From Prorocentrum cordatum (taxonomy: Eukaryota), in NCBI GenBank assembly GCA_963575745.1, contig CAUYUJ010000001.1, forward strand, positions 1,178,001-1,242,000: DNA of 64,000 bases, in the 5' to 3' direction. Position 1 is the stretch's first letter. The number at the start of each line of letters is the position of its first letter. Under the pieces are notes generated by a model. The model was not told the DNA's origin and ran no database searches. It saw only the letters and a program-made list of their open reading frames with translations. A program made the translations under genes and the position numbers. Below are positions 53,640-64,000 of the stretch, piece by piece.

Positions 53640-53840
53640 CCGTCGACCAGCCCGAGGGTGGAAGTGAGAAGGTGCAGGCTGTCCCAGAAGGTTCGGAACT
53701 CCCCCAGCCTTCTGACAGGTGTCCTAAGCTTTTCCCGAAGACCCAGAAAACTTGCGGCCGGGGGCCTCTGAGAAGCCGTGCCGCCTTCTGAGAAGGCCTT
53801 CTACTTCTCACGTCCCCCCCTCGCGCGCCGCCGATCTTCT
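53640..53840. mobile_element. Second MITE copy of the same family
   Basis: Colinear with 52641-52854 (CCCGAAGAC, TCTGAGAAGCC, CCTTCTGAGAAGGCC, CTTCTCACGTCCCCCCCTCGCGCGCCGCCG). Confidence 0.6.
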
Positions 53841-54849
53841 TCGTTCCATATGCGCACCCGGTCTCCCCGTCGTCCGCGAACAGGCCTCGGGCCATCATGC
53901 GCACACCACCGCCTGTCGTTGTGGCCCCAGAGCTCACTGCTCAGGGTCGGCAAAACCACAGCAGTCTCGTGCCTGCCTCCGCGGCGGCGGCGGATCTGGT
54001 CGCGGTCAGCGACTTGCCCGCAGCCGGGGGCGACGAGCGCCGCTGGGAGCAAGCGGTGACGCAGCGCGGCTTGCTGGTCAGCCACACGGAGAAGTCTGTC
54101 TAGAGCTACGCCAGGAAGTTTTTTAAATGATCGACCTCAGGCGGGGCGAGGGGCCGCGAGGGGCCCGGGCACGACCGCGACGAGGACGGCCGCGAGTCGA
54201 GCGCGCCCGAGGGCAAGCGACGCCGATCGGGGCGGGTTGGGCGGACGAGAAGAGGCGGCACTCGCTTGTCCGTGGACGGTGGGCGGGCGGAGGATCATAA
54301 CAACGCGTGAGAGCTGAGGCGCGTGGTCAGCGCGCTGCGCCACTTGGCGAGGTCGCCCCAACGCTGGCGGAGGCGCGCCATGATCACGACCAGCCCTGCG
54401 GCATTCATGGGCGGGCCGCTGAAGGGGAGGTCGTCGGCTACAGCTTTGATGGGGCGGGCTCGGGCGGCGCGTGGCATCGCGCTGGTCCTTGGAGTCAGAG
54501 GCCACTACGGGTGGGCGCCCAGTCAGTGGAACATTGCAGATGGGCCGGGTCGCGGGGTCGACGCCGGGACGGCCAGGGAGACGAAGGACACGCGCAAGGT
54601 GAGGTTGACACCGAAGTCTGTCAGGCCGCTCTCGAGGCAGATCGGTCGGCGGGCTCTGCGAGGCGCAGTGGGGCAATATCACGGTGGATCATGGTGCTGA
54701 TGGCGCGGCAGGTCGCGTGAGCAATACGGCGGCGAATTCGACAACCACCCTTGCAGAAGCGCGGAGCTCGCGCCTGGAGGCAGGCCATGAAGGACACGCC
54801 GCGCTGGACAACCGGCCAGTGGCCCACGCGGTGGACGACTCTACCGACG

Positions 54850-55640
54850 TCGTGCACGAGCGGGAGGCGAGTGCCTTCCTCATCGACTGCAAGAGGGGCG
54901 CGTTGGCCTTCGGGTCGATAGCTGAACGGGACATGGCGCAGCGCAACTACATCAGCCACCTGCTCCCCCTACGCGGGGACAACTACATGCCCGCGTCGTT
55001 GGCGCACGATGGTTCCATGAATATGTTCGATGCGCATTGTGGGAAGTTGCCAACAGCACTGCGCGCGCTGAAGTCGCGGGAGAGTGCAGGTCGGAGGAGA
55101 AGGGCATCCAAATCTTTTCCAGGCAGCGGCAGCAGCGACGACGGACATTCTCTGGACAGGTCATCTGCTGGAAGCGACAGCGTGCATTGTGCAGATGGAC
55201 GGCTGGCGACGCAAACGACATGGGGAAATGCGTTGCGAGCGCGGCACGTCTGTCTCACGCCAGACGGAGCAGTAGGTTTGCGCTCGGAAGACCGCACCAT
55301 CGAGCAGAAGACGGAGAGGCGCCAACCAGTGAGCCGTGCCCGAGTGGGAGGCGTCGCGTATATTTTTGCAGGTGCTCCTGCAGGATGGCGAGCCCGACGA
55401 CCGGGTCTTTCCCTTCACGCAGGCGGCTATCCGGATGATGCGGAGCCAAGTTCTGCGGCAGGCTGGCCTCGAGAAGTCGCGCCCTCCACACGGCGTGCGC
55501 CACGCGGCGGCAGCGAGATGTGCTGCGCGCGGCGTCGACCTGGAGACGACGCGTCGCCGCGGGGTGCGTGGGCCACCACGTCAGAGCCCCAACGACATGC
55601 AAAGCGTCGCGCGCCGGTCGAGAAGGTGCCAGGGCTGGAC
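54850..55640 (+). pseudogene. Degenerate tyrosine recombinase (DIRS-type)
   Basis: MDGWRRKRHGE (first R box), KTERRQPV, RVFPFT, PHGVRHAAA (HxxR), and RGAWATTSEPQRHAK (RGRW..RY box with the catalytic Y replaced by H). Confidence 0.75.
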
Positions 55641-56269
55641 TGTCGCAAGCTCAGCCTGGGAGCCAGCATCTGGCGCCGACCCGCGCAGCCTGCGCATGAT
55701 GCCCTCGCGGCGGGCCCTGGAGCAGGGACGCCGCTGGGCCAACGGTTGGCGGCCGCTCTGCCGAGTGGCTGATGGAGCGAGCCGCTTGCGCCCGAGTTCC
55801 GGGCTGCCGCGCATCGCCCCCGCCTCCTTCCACCTTTTCAATGTTCGGAAACATGAAAGCCCAGTCTGGAGAGGGGCCCTTGGGGGGGGCCATAGGACCG
55901 AGGCGCCTCGCGCGCCCATCCGCTTTTTTCCATTAGGCCCCGCGCTCGGCCCCCCCTTTGATACATCGCGGGCCCGTCGCCAGCGGACCTAGTCAGGTCC
56001 GGCTGGGGAGGGGTCGAGACTGCGCAGCGCCTCTTAGACCTAACGGTTCGGAGGCCTTCAGGGATTGCAGCTCGCGCAGCGACTTCTGGGCGCAGCGCGC
56101 GCCGCTCATTTTCTCTTTGCGCCCTGGGGCCGAACGCCTGTTCAGCGCGGCACTAGCGGCGGGAGATTCGCGGTCAGTGTCGGCGCGCAACCATCCATAT
56201 ACACACGCATACAAATATGGGCGCTGACCCGCCCGCCCACCCACCCCCGCTAAATCGACGGTGGCTTCT

Positions 56270-58900
56270 TAAGATGAACTAGAGATGTCGGCCGAGTTTG
56301 GGCCGCAATTCCAGGGGATTGCGCACGCGGTTGGCACCGAAGCGCGCTGCGAAGCACAAAGAACAACTGCGCGACCCACAACCGATCACGACGTCACAAC
56401 CTGCCCTCAAGGGAGCCTTCTATCGCGAGCAGCAAGACAACAAAAGGTCGCGCACACGACGAGCATCTGATTGCGAACTGCCCCCCGCGCAAACGCCAGT
56501 CTCAGAAATAAGACTCACCGCGCCCAGACGCCCGCGGGCGATGGTCAGAGCAACCTGTTCGCCCACGACCCGCCGTCGGCATGCGCCAGACCCCTAAACG
56601 CGCTCTCGACGTGCTCATTTATTTTCGCGTAGAACACGTACTCGTCCGTCTCCTGCGCGCCCAGCTGCAATCGGCCGCGGCGCTGGCGGTTCCACTCCTG
56701 CCAGCCGCGAGTTTCCAGATTCGGCGTCGTCGGCGTGGAAGCCAGCGACGGAGTCGCGGCAGTTGCCCTCGCGAATACAGGGGGGGTGGGAGGGGCGATC
56801 TGGCACCCGAAGGCTTTCACGGTCGCGGACGCCCAGCCGTCGCGGGCCAAGAAAGCGCCGTTCTGCACCTTTTCCTCCGACGCGCGCGGGCCGTCCTGCG
56901 CCTCTGCCGCCCGAGGAAGGAGTCGATTGTCAATCCGATTGCGCCCCTTCTGGCGCGCGCACGGCCTTCCCGCGCCCGAACCAGAGCGCTGGCCACGGCC
57001 GCCGCCCAGGCCGCGGGCCCCGCGCACGGGGCGCGCACGCTTCATGGAGCCCGTCCTCGTCTTCAGGCAGTTCGCGCCGCGCCCCGTCGGCTCCCGGTCG
57101 CGGTAGATCGCGCGCGCAGGCTGCCTTCTGAAGGGGGGCGTTCCTAACGAAACTGCGAGCGCGGCGCGCGGCCTTGCAGGGCGCTTGGCGATGCTGCCCG
57201 GCGCCTCGCCTTGATATGCTTTTAGATTCGACAGCCCACCCGCCCTCCCGGTGCGCGCCGATGACGGCCTCGTCGGCGACCGCCGCCCCATTCTGCCCGC
57301 CGATCGCGCGGACGCCCAGGGCGACTGCGGCCCGCCCCGTCGTCTTCCGGCACAGCCCCCCCCCACACGCGCCACGAAAGCCTTCTTGCGAAAGTTGCCG
57401 CGCTCCGATTCGGTCTCCGTCTTGATGCCCATACTGGGTCGCCCCAAGCGGGCCAACTTCATGACGCGCAGGAACGGCATCCACGAGTTCACCTGAGCGC
57501 CTGCGAGCCAGCCCTCGGAGTTGAGGCTGCGCCTCTACGTGATCGTGTCCACCGCTGGCGCAGGTCCCACCGCGAGCGTTCCACCTTCGGTTCACGCGAC
57601 ACTCGAACATGGTGGGCAGGAGCACTGGGGGCACTTGTCGCGCCTGCGCGCCGCGCCGAAACGCATGGATGCAGCGGCGGCTCTCGCAGTCGGTGCATCG
57701 CGGACCCCCTCGGGCATGGCCAGCGGCCACTTTGCGACGCGCCCCGCGAAGGCGGCGCGCGAGGAGAACCATGGAGCGCACAGTTTGCGACGCCACCCTC
57801 GGACAGCCACGGGCTGCAAAGGGGCGCGATCAGGCCGGGTGCCCCGGCCGACTTCGGCACGCCACCGGGGCGAGCCGCGGGGCGAGCCTCGGGGGCGCGG
57901 GCGACGAGATCTCAGGCCAGAGCGGCAGCTGCGCGGCAAGCTTGGGGTCTCGGGTCGGTTTCTGGGCGCGGACCGAACAAACATGGAGCGAGCAGACGCA
58001 TCTTCGCTAAGGGCGCCCTCTCGTTGGAGGAGGCCACCCGACGACCCCTGATGGACGGTGGCAGAGCTTCTCTTTCAAGTGGATCGGACTGCAGGATCAA
58101 CGCACACATGAGAAAGCGGCGCCCATTGCATCGCCCGCGTTGGGCATGCTGGGGGGGGGGCACGGCACGGCCGCTGGTGAGTTTGCAATACGCCTCACCA
58201 CCCGGCGTATACGCAACAGAAATCTGTACAACCCAGTGCCCGCGCACTACCGCGAAGTTCGAAAGCTGGCTGAAAACCGCAGAATGCAAGAGCCGCACGT
58301 TGGAAAGAACAAGAGGGCGATGATGGATGGGGGGGCGATACCTGGGGCTCCAAGACGCGAGGGAGAGATCAGGCAGGGGAGTGAGAGCGGCGCGCCTCGC
58401 TGCCAATGCGCGCGCCCACTCGGAAGGCCGCTCGCGGGTGCCCGACCCAGGGGCGACGTCTCGGACCACCCCGTAGCAGGCGAGGTTGCGACCGTCGCCC
58501 TCTCGAGGAAGTACCCCGCCGCCGCCACTTGCGCCGCCGAGAGGGAGCGCCGCCCGCAGCAGCGCCCTGGCGCGCCATCAACAGGCGGGTTCTCGACGAG
58601 CACGAAATAGCAACCAGAGCTGACCCCGTCGAATACGTCGCGCGGCACCGCGGGGGCGAACCAAGACACGGCGGAACCGCGTCGCTGAGGGCTGCGGGAA
58701 ATGGCGTCGACGACCTCCTGCAGTGTCAGGCCCGCCACGCCCCCCACAGGGAGGCACGCCAGGTCAGAGCCAACGCCCGCCCAACAGGCCGCCGTCAAGA
58801 GGGGGCACCCCTTGTCGGGCACGGCGCTTCCGAGAACGACGACTTCGGACCCGCGGCCACGCGGGGGGCGGCGCCCGAGCAATCCGGCAAGGTGTTCGGC
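56270..58900 (-). mobile_element. Decayed DIRS-like RT/RNase H region, convergent on the recombinase
   Basis: Weak motif relics on the minus strand: KDASARSMF, CAPWFSSRAAFA, ASATVKAFG, KINEHVE (HINxLE-like), and terminal PNSADISS (NPADxPSR-like). Boundaries approximate. Confidence 0.45.
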
Positions 58901-59530
58901 CAAGATTGGACGACGAATTCGAAGCAGGAGACGGCGCTCGCCCTCGCTAGCGCCTGACGTACCAGGGCCCGCCGCTGGAAACCCGCCACGAACACGATGG
59001 CTCCATCGGAGAGCAACGCCTCGCTGGCGGGAGCCCACAGTCAACCCGCGCAATAAGGACACACGATAAATATGCAAGAGCCTTTGAAGGCCATGCCGAC
59101 ACTTTGCGCGCGGGGCGCCGCCAGCGAAAGCGGCCACGAATGGGCCGAAGGGGAAGGATGCAAGGGCAAGTGTGGAAAAGATGTCATCCTTGTTGTGCGG
59201 GTTGACTGTTCCCGCGCCCAGCCTCGGCGGTGGTACGTTCCTCGGGCCGCTCTTTCCCCCGGACGCGCTTGAAGAGCGGCCCTGCGGCGCGAAAGCTCGA
59301 ACACAGGAAGGAAGCGTTGATCCTCGCAACTCTCGGTGGTAATCGTTTCACCAACGATCGGAACGCCAATGGTGAATCGGCCATGGGCATCACCGCCGCG
59401 CTCAAGACAGAAAGCATCCTCCAGGGCCCTGAAGAAGGGAGTGGGGGGGAGAGCCCCTCCCCTTTCTTGCACTCTCCGCTTCACCATCGGCTTCAAATCT
59501 GGAGAGCGGGCACCTGTAAGGGACCACGCG

Positions 59531-59580
<50 letters not shown>

Positions 59581-59602
59581 TGTATACATGCGTATACCGC
59601 GT

Positions 59603-59639
<37 letters not shown>

Positions 59640-59825
59640 GAGAGAGATGAGTCTTGGCCAAGAAGATGGGGGGCCATAGACCCCCGCAACACAGAGTACC
59701 TTCCAAACCGTCTTGACGCGCGCAAAGTGCACCGAAGACCCACCGAGAAACAACTCTGCAACTCAGTAGGGGCACAGGCCACGACCCATACTATACACAC
59801 AATTACATGTGTATTGTTTACATAC

Positions 59826-59864
<39 letters not shown>

Positions 59865-59920
59865 TCCGTAGGCATGTTTGGCCGAAGCTCCAAACATTGC
59901 CCCCGAGATTGGAGCTTGAT

Positions 59921-61496
59921 ACGCAGCCAAGGGGGCGGCTCAAGGCCCCCGTGCTTTCAGGCGATTCTTTATTTACTTCGCACCACGTCGCAGCCCGCCC
60001 AGGCTCGGGCGCCCCGCCCTTGCCCATGTCAGGACGCGATGATGGCGGTGCAAAGTGCCTCTCGTGTGGGGCAGCCAAAGGTAACAAGCCGTGGTACAAG
60101 GGGTGCGCGCAATGCTGGAGCTTGTTTGCCTCGCGCGGTTCATGCTCAGCCTCCTAGTCCTGGTGGTCAGTGGAGTCACGGCCCGCCACGTCCTCGGAGT
60201 CAAACCACCTGCATGGGCCCCAAGTCGTCTTCTGGTCAGCGTCAGCAACAGGCAGCTCACGGGCGCGGTGGTCGTCTCGGCGCGCCCAAAGATCTCGTGT
60301 CGCTTCTGGAGCAGATGCAGTTTCTCTGGGGACAGTTCAAAGAAGAACCCACACAGCGTGGCACTTTGGTCGAAGTGGTCGAGCAGTCGACATCGGAGAT
60401 GCGCACCACGGCCAGCGAGTCTTGTCCCATTTTGCAGCAGCACTATGAAGTTCAGCAGGCCACCACCAAGAATGAGAAGCTCGCGGGTTCGTTGGACAGA
60501 CAAATTTCGGAGATGGGGGAGCGGCTTGCGGGCGGAGGCCGTCACCATCCAGTCTCAGTTCAAGAAGCGTTTCGTCGAGTTGGCCGCCAAGGTTGCCAGC
60601 CTCCCCGCTCGTGTCGACGCGACAGCACTCGTCGCAGACGTGGACGCGTTCGACAAGCTACTTCAGGAAGTGGGCTTGTCTGCCATTCGTGAGAGCGGGT
60701 CCCAGTTCAAGCCCAAGTGCCAGTCTGCCAGCCAGCCTGGTGGACGCTCTGCCTCGGAGCCTCCTACTAGTGGCGGGGGTGGTGGCGTTGGGTCGGGTTC
60801 GGTACCAGCTGGCCAGGCCGACACTGACATGCCGCCAGCCTCCGGGGAGGATGAGGAGGCGCTGCGCAATTTCATGTCTGCCTGGTCCACAGCGCAGGGC
60901 CCCGATGCCTCTTCGGAGGCGCGCAAGCGTGTTGCAGACGTGCTGGCTGCCACGGCCAAGAAGCTTCGCCGCTCGCCTGACGCGCCCCCTTCTACCCCCA
61001 CTGATGGCACCCCTGCTCCTGGAGCCGCTGCTTCTGCCATGGGTGGTGGGTAGCGGCCTCCGAGCTGGAGAGGCCCAGTGCACCTGGCCAAGTTCTGCCG
61101 GCGAACCCCCGCTCTTAAGCCATGAGGTTCTCTCATTTCCTCCTGGGCCTCCCCCCGCCAACGTGTCTCTGCGTGTCCAAACCTGTAATGCTGCAGGATG
61201 GGGAAAGCTGCGTGCAGGTGGTTTCCAGACGTTTCGGCGCACGCTCCACTGCTGCAGGGGCGCCATCTTGCCGACCATGATACGACTGCTCGTGCTCCCC
61301 AGCGGCTGTCCAGGCGCGGTTGGAAGTCGTGTTGTGCGCGGGCTGCAAAGGGTGTCGGATGTGGCAGTTCAGGTGGAGTGGCAGTATTGGCACGTTCTTT
61401 CTTAGGCATGCACGCTCTCTCGTCGGGCTTCGAGATCGTTCCCCATCGCGCGGGTGCCGCAGTCATCGTGGCCCCAAGCGGTCTTCATGTCATTGC

Positions 61497-61539
<43 letters not shown>

Positions 61540-62280
61540 GTCTCTACTTGCACGATGTTCAGGGGCTTTCGGGGCGCAACGTCGAGCTCTCGCGCAGGTT
61601 GGAGCCATCGCGTCACAACATGCCGACAAACCTGGGCGGAGACTTCAACATGACTCCAGCTCAGTTGATGCAATGAAATTTCACTGCAGAGATGAAGGGC
61701 CAGCTGACCGCCCCCCCTCTCGAACAGCACACTCTTCGTAGCCAGGACGGTCGCAAAACATTTGATTGTGTCGTCGCCTCCTCGGACATAGAAATTTGTT
61801 GCTCGACAGCCCTGCGCGCCAAGTTCAGGATGGGGGGTCTGACGTCGTTGAATCGGTCGTTGGGGGGTCTGGCGATGGGGGAGGTACTCTGGAATGCCAG
61901 TGCGCGCGGCAGCGGCCGCCTCCCCCCTCGACGTTGAGTTCGAAGGTGAGGAGGTGGTTGCGTTCGCCCCTGTCTCTGATGACCCTTCGGGCCATCTCCC
62001 AGGCGCATCCTGTGCGCGTGTTGGCTTCTCCTCCCGTGAGGCGGGCTCTTTTGGGGCTGCTGCCGCAGCCCCCGGCGTGGCTGGTGCATCTTGTGCACTT
62101 CACAGCCCCTGGTCCCGCTGCCCCTTTTTCCTCCTCCGCCTTTGTGAACACGCCTGCGATTCAGGCGGTCTGGAACCGTCTCCTTGCGGAGGCTGTTTCT
62201 TTTGTTCAGGAGGAGATCGGATCCGACGGCTTTTCGTCGGGATCCGATTAGGTGGCAGTTATTATCATGGTGATGCCATA
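59921..62280 (+). mobile_element. 5' part of a LINE: ORF1 relic plus APE endonuclease, truncated before RT
   Basis: ORF1 has CLSCGAAKGNKPWYKGCAQC and a coiled-coil-like segment ending at 61053. APE motifs: VQTCNAAGW, LLQGRHL, SSGGVAVLAR, LYLHDVQG, LGGDFN, KTFDCVVAS. A (CT)n tract interrupts at ~61500-61545. Confidence 0.75.
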
Positions 62281-64000
62281 TATATAGATATCGAACGCTG
62301 CGCGCTCGGCCTCTTCTGCAAAACTCCGCCGCCTTTCTGGGCATTCCGCCTGCCCCCCCCCCAAGAGTTTTCGACCCCTCCCCCTGACTGGTTCCGAGTA
62401 GATGGCCTGGCCATATTGTGTTTTAAAGGAGCGGGCGCAAGCGGGTCGAAGCCAGCGCAGGCGCCGGTCGGGCTACGGGCGGGACGCGCCAGGAACGAGT
62501 TGGGGCACAGGAAGGCAGGCAGTAAAACTCGAGGAAAGGGGAAAGAGTCATTCAGAACGTGTACAGATTCGCGGGCGTGCCAACGGTGTGCAAGACCGCG
62601 ACAGCGCGGCTGCTTGACAAGCAGTGGGTGGAGCCCACGGAAAACAGGCCGCGGCAGGAAATTAGAATCACCGGGGTAGCCTCTGGGGGCGTCAGACTGG
62701 AGATCGTACAGGATTGACCGCTGCACGAGGTGCCAGAAGCTACGGCCCACGTCGTGAGGCAGAAATGTCCGCAGGGCGCCCTGACTTCGGATCCGCCGTA
62801 CTTTGGCTGATGCTCCGATGTATTGCGACATGCACCCCCCGCACGGCTCGAAAAAGCGGAGCGGAAATTTCCGCCTCGGAAGAGTGGGGCGGGCATTTCC
62901 ACAAAAGCACGGCGGAAACAGCGACGGCAAAGCAGGGTGGAAATCGGCATCAAAGGACCCTGAAAATCAGGGCGGGCAATTGCGCTTTGACATCGCCCAA
63001 AATACGGCGGCTCCGAAGTCAGAGTGTCCCCGAGGGCGCCTCCCCCTCGAGGGCATCGACAGGGGCTCACCTCTTTCGCTAGGGGCGGACGGCCCGCGAG
63101 AGCCTTGAATCGAGGCCGGCTCTGCTGGCGGAGACCCGTCATAAGGTCGGTTCGGTCTGTGGCCGTTCAAGCGCATCGAATAACGAAAAACCGCACGAAT
63201 AAACATTTAGAATAAGTCAATGTATAGAAAAATGGCAGACAGAAGTTCAGTTCATGAAGGAACATAGCCCTTCACGGAGGTCCGCGCGGATTTCTTGAAT
63301 CGGCGCTCGGCCACTCTGGAAGCGCCTCCGGCGCCGTTCCTGGCGCGTTCCGCACGCCAGGGAGAGGGGGGTCCAGCGCCGACTCAAGAAGTCCGTACGG
63401 GCCTCCGAAAGTCTATGTCCATGCCGTTTGCTCTCCCTCTGAGTGATGCACGGGCCGCCCCGTTCCGAGCTGGGCCTCGGGAGAGGATAAGATACCAATA
63501 CCGATACCACTACCCTTCCCTCGTCGCCACGGCTGGATTCACCTCGACAGGCTGGTCAGATCGCACCCCTGGAGTCCAGGGATCACCCTGGATGGGATAT
63601 TTATCAGGGGGGGAGGAGATCAATCTTTCCGACGGAGCTTGCCCATTCCCCCCCCCCTTTCCTCCTCCTCCTCCTCCTCCTCCTCCTCCTCCTCCTCCTC
63701 CTCCTCCTCCTCCTCCTCCTCCTCCTCCTCCTCCTCCTCCTCCTCCTATTCCTTCCCCTCTTTCTCGAACCCCCACTCCGCCCGTTCTGACAGCAGCGCC
63801 CACCCCCATCCCCCGAATCCAAGGGGGAGGGGGCGATGCTTGCCCTATCCAGAGCAGCGGTATCGGTACCTTCTTGCCTCCCGAGGATCGCGATTCCATT
63901 CCCAGCCCTCCGCAGCTTCGCGTCGGCGAGATGGGCTCTCGCGGGCCGCTGGGCCCGTGTGAGTTGCGCCGCGCAACCTGATGTGTGCCTCTTGTGGGCG

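Overview
GC-rich, repeat-saturated eukaryotic DNA, most likely a dinoflagellate nuclear genome. That is an inference from GT/GC/GA-AG introns, relict DinoSL-like GGCTCAAG motifs and abundant (GGA)n/(CT)n/(ATAC)n tracts. One host gene is well supported: a multi-exon single-domain (6TM) voltage-gated cation channel with two EF-hands (~23.5-26.2 kb, +). Its phase-0 introns look like Introner/MITE insertions. Most of the rest is decayed mobile DNA: a ~15 kb Ty1/Copia LTR retrotransposon (35.7-50.8 kb), a DIRS-like element with a convergent tyrosine recombinase (54-59 kb), an APE-type LINE 5' part (60-62 kb), a LINE ORF1-like relic (27.3-29.1 kb), an RLE-type non-LTR 3' end (32.1-32.8 kb, -), and an SL-headed A/C-rich decayed long ORF with two HxT motifs (14.7-18.2 kb). 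Minisatellite elements and dispersed repeats fill the gaps. The most unusual signal is the cargo of the Copia element: a Tpt1/KptA RNA 2'-phosphotransferase domain, a RING finger and a probable cytosine-methyltransferase-like domain. All domain calls are by-eye motif recognition; no searches were run.
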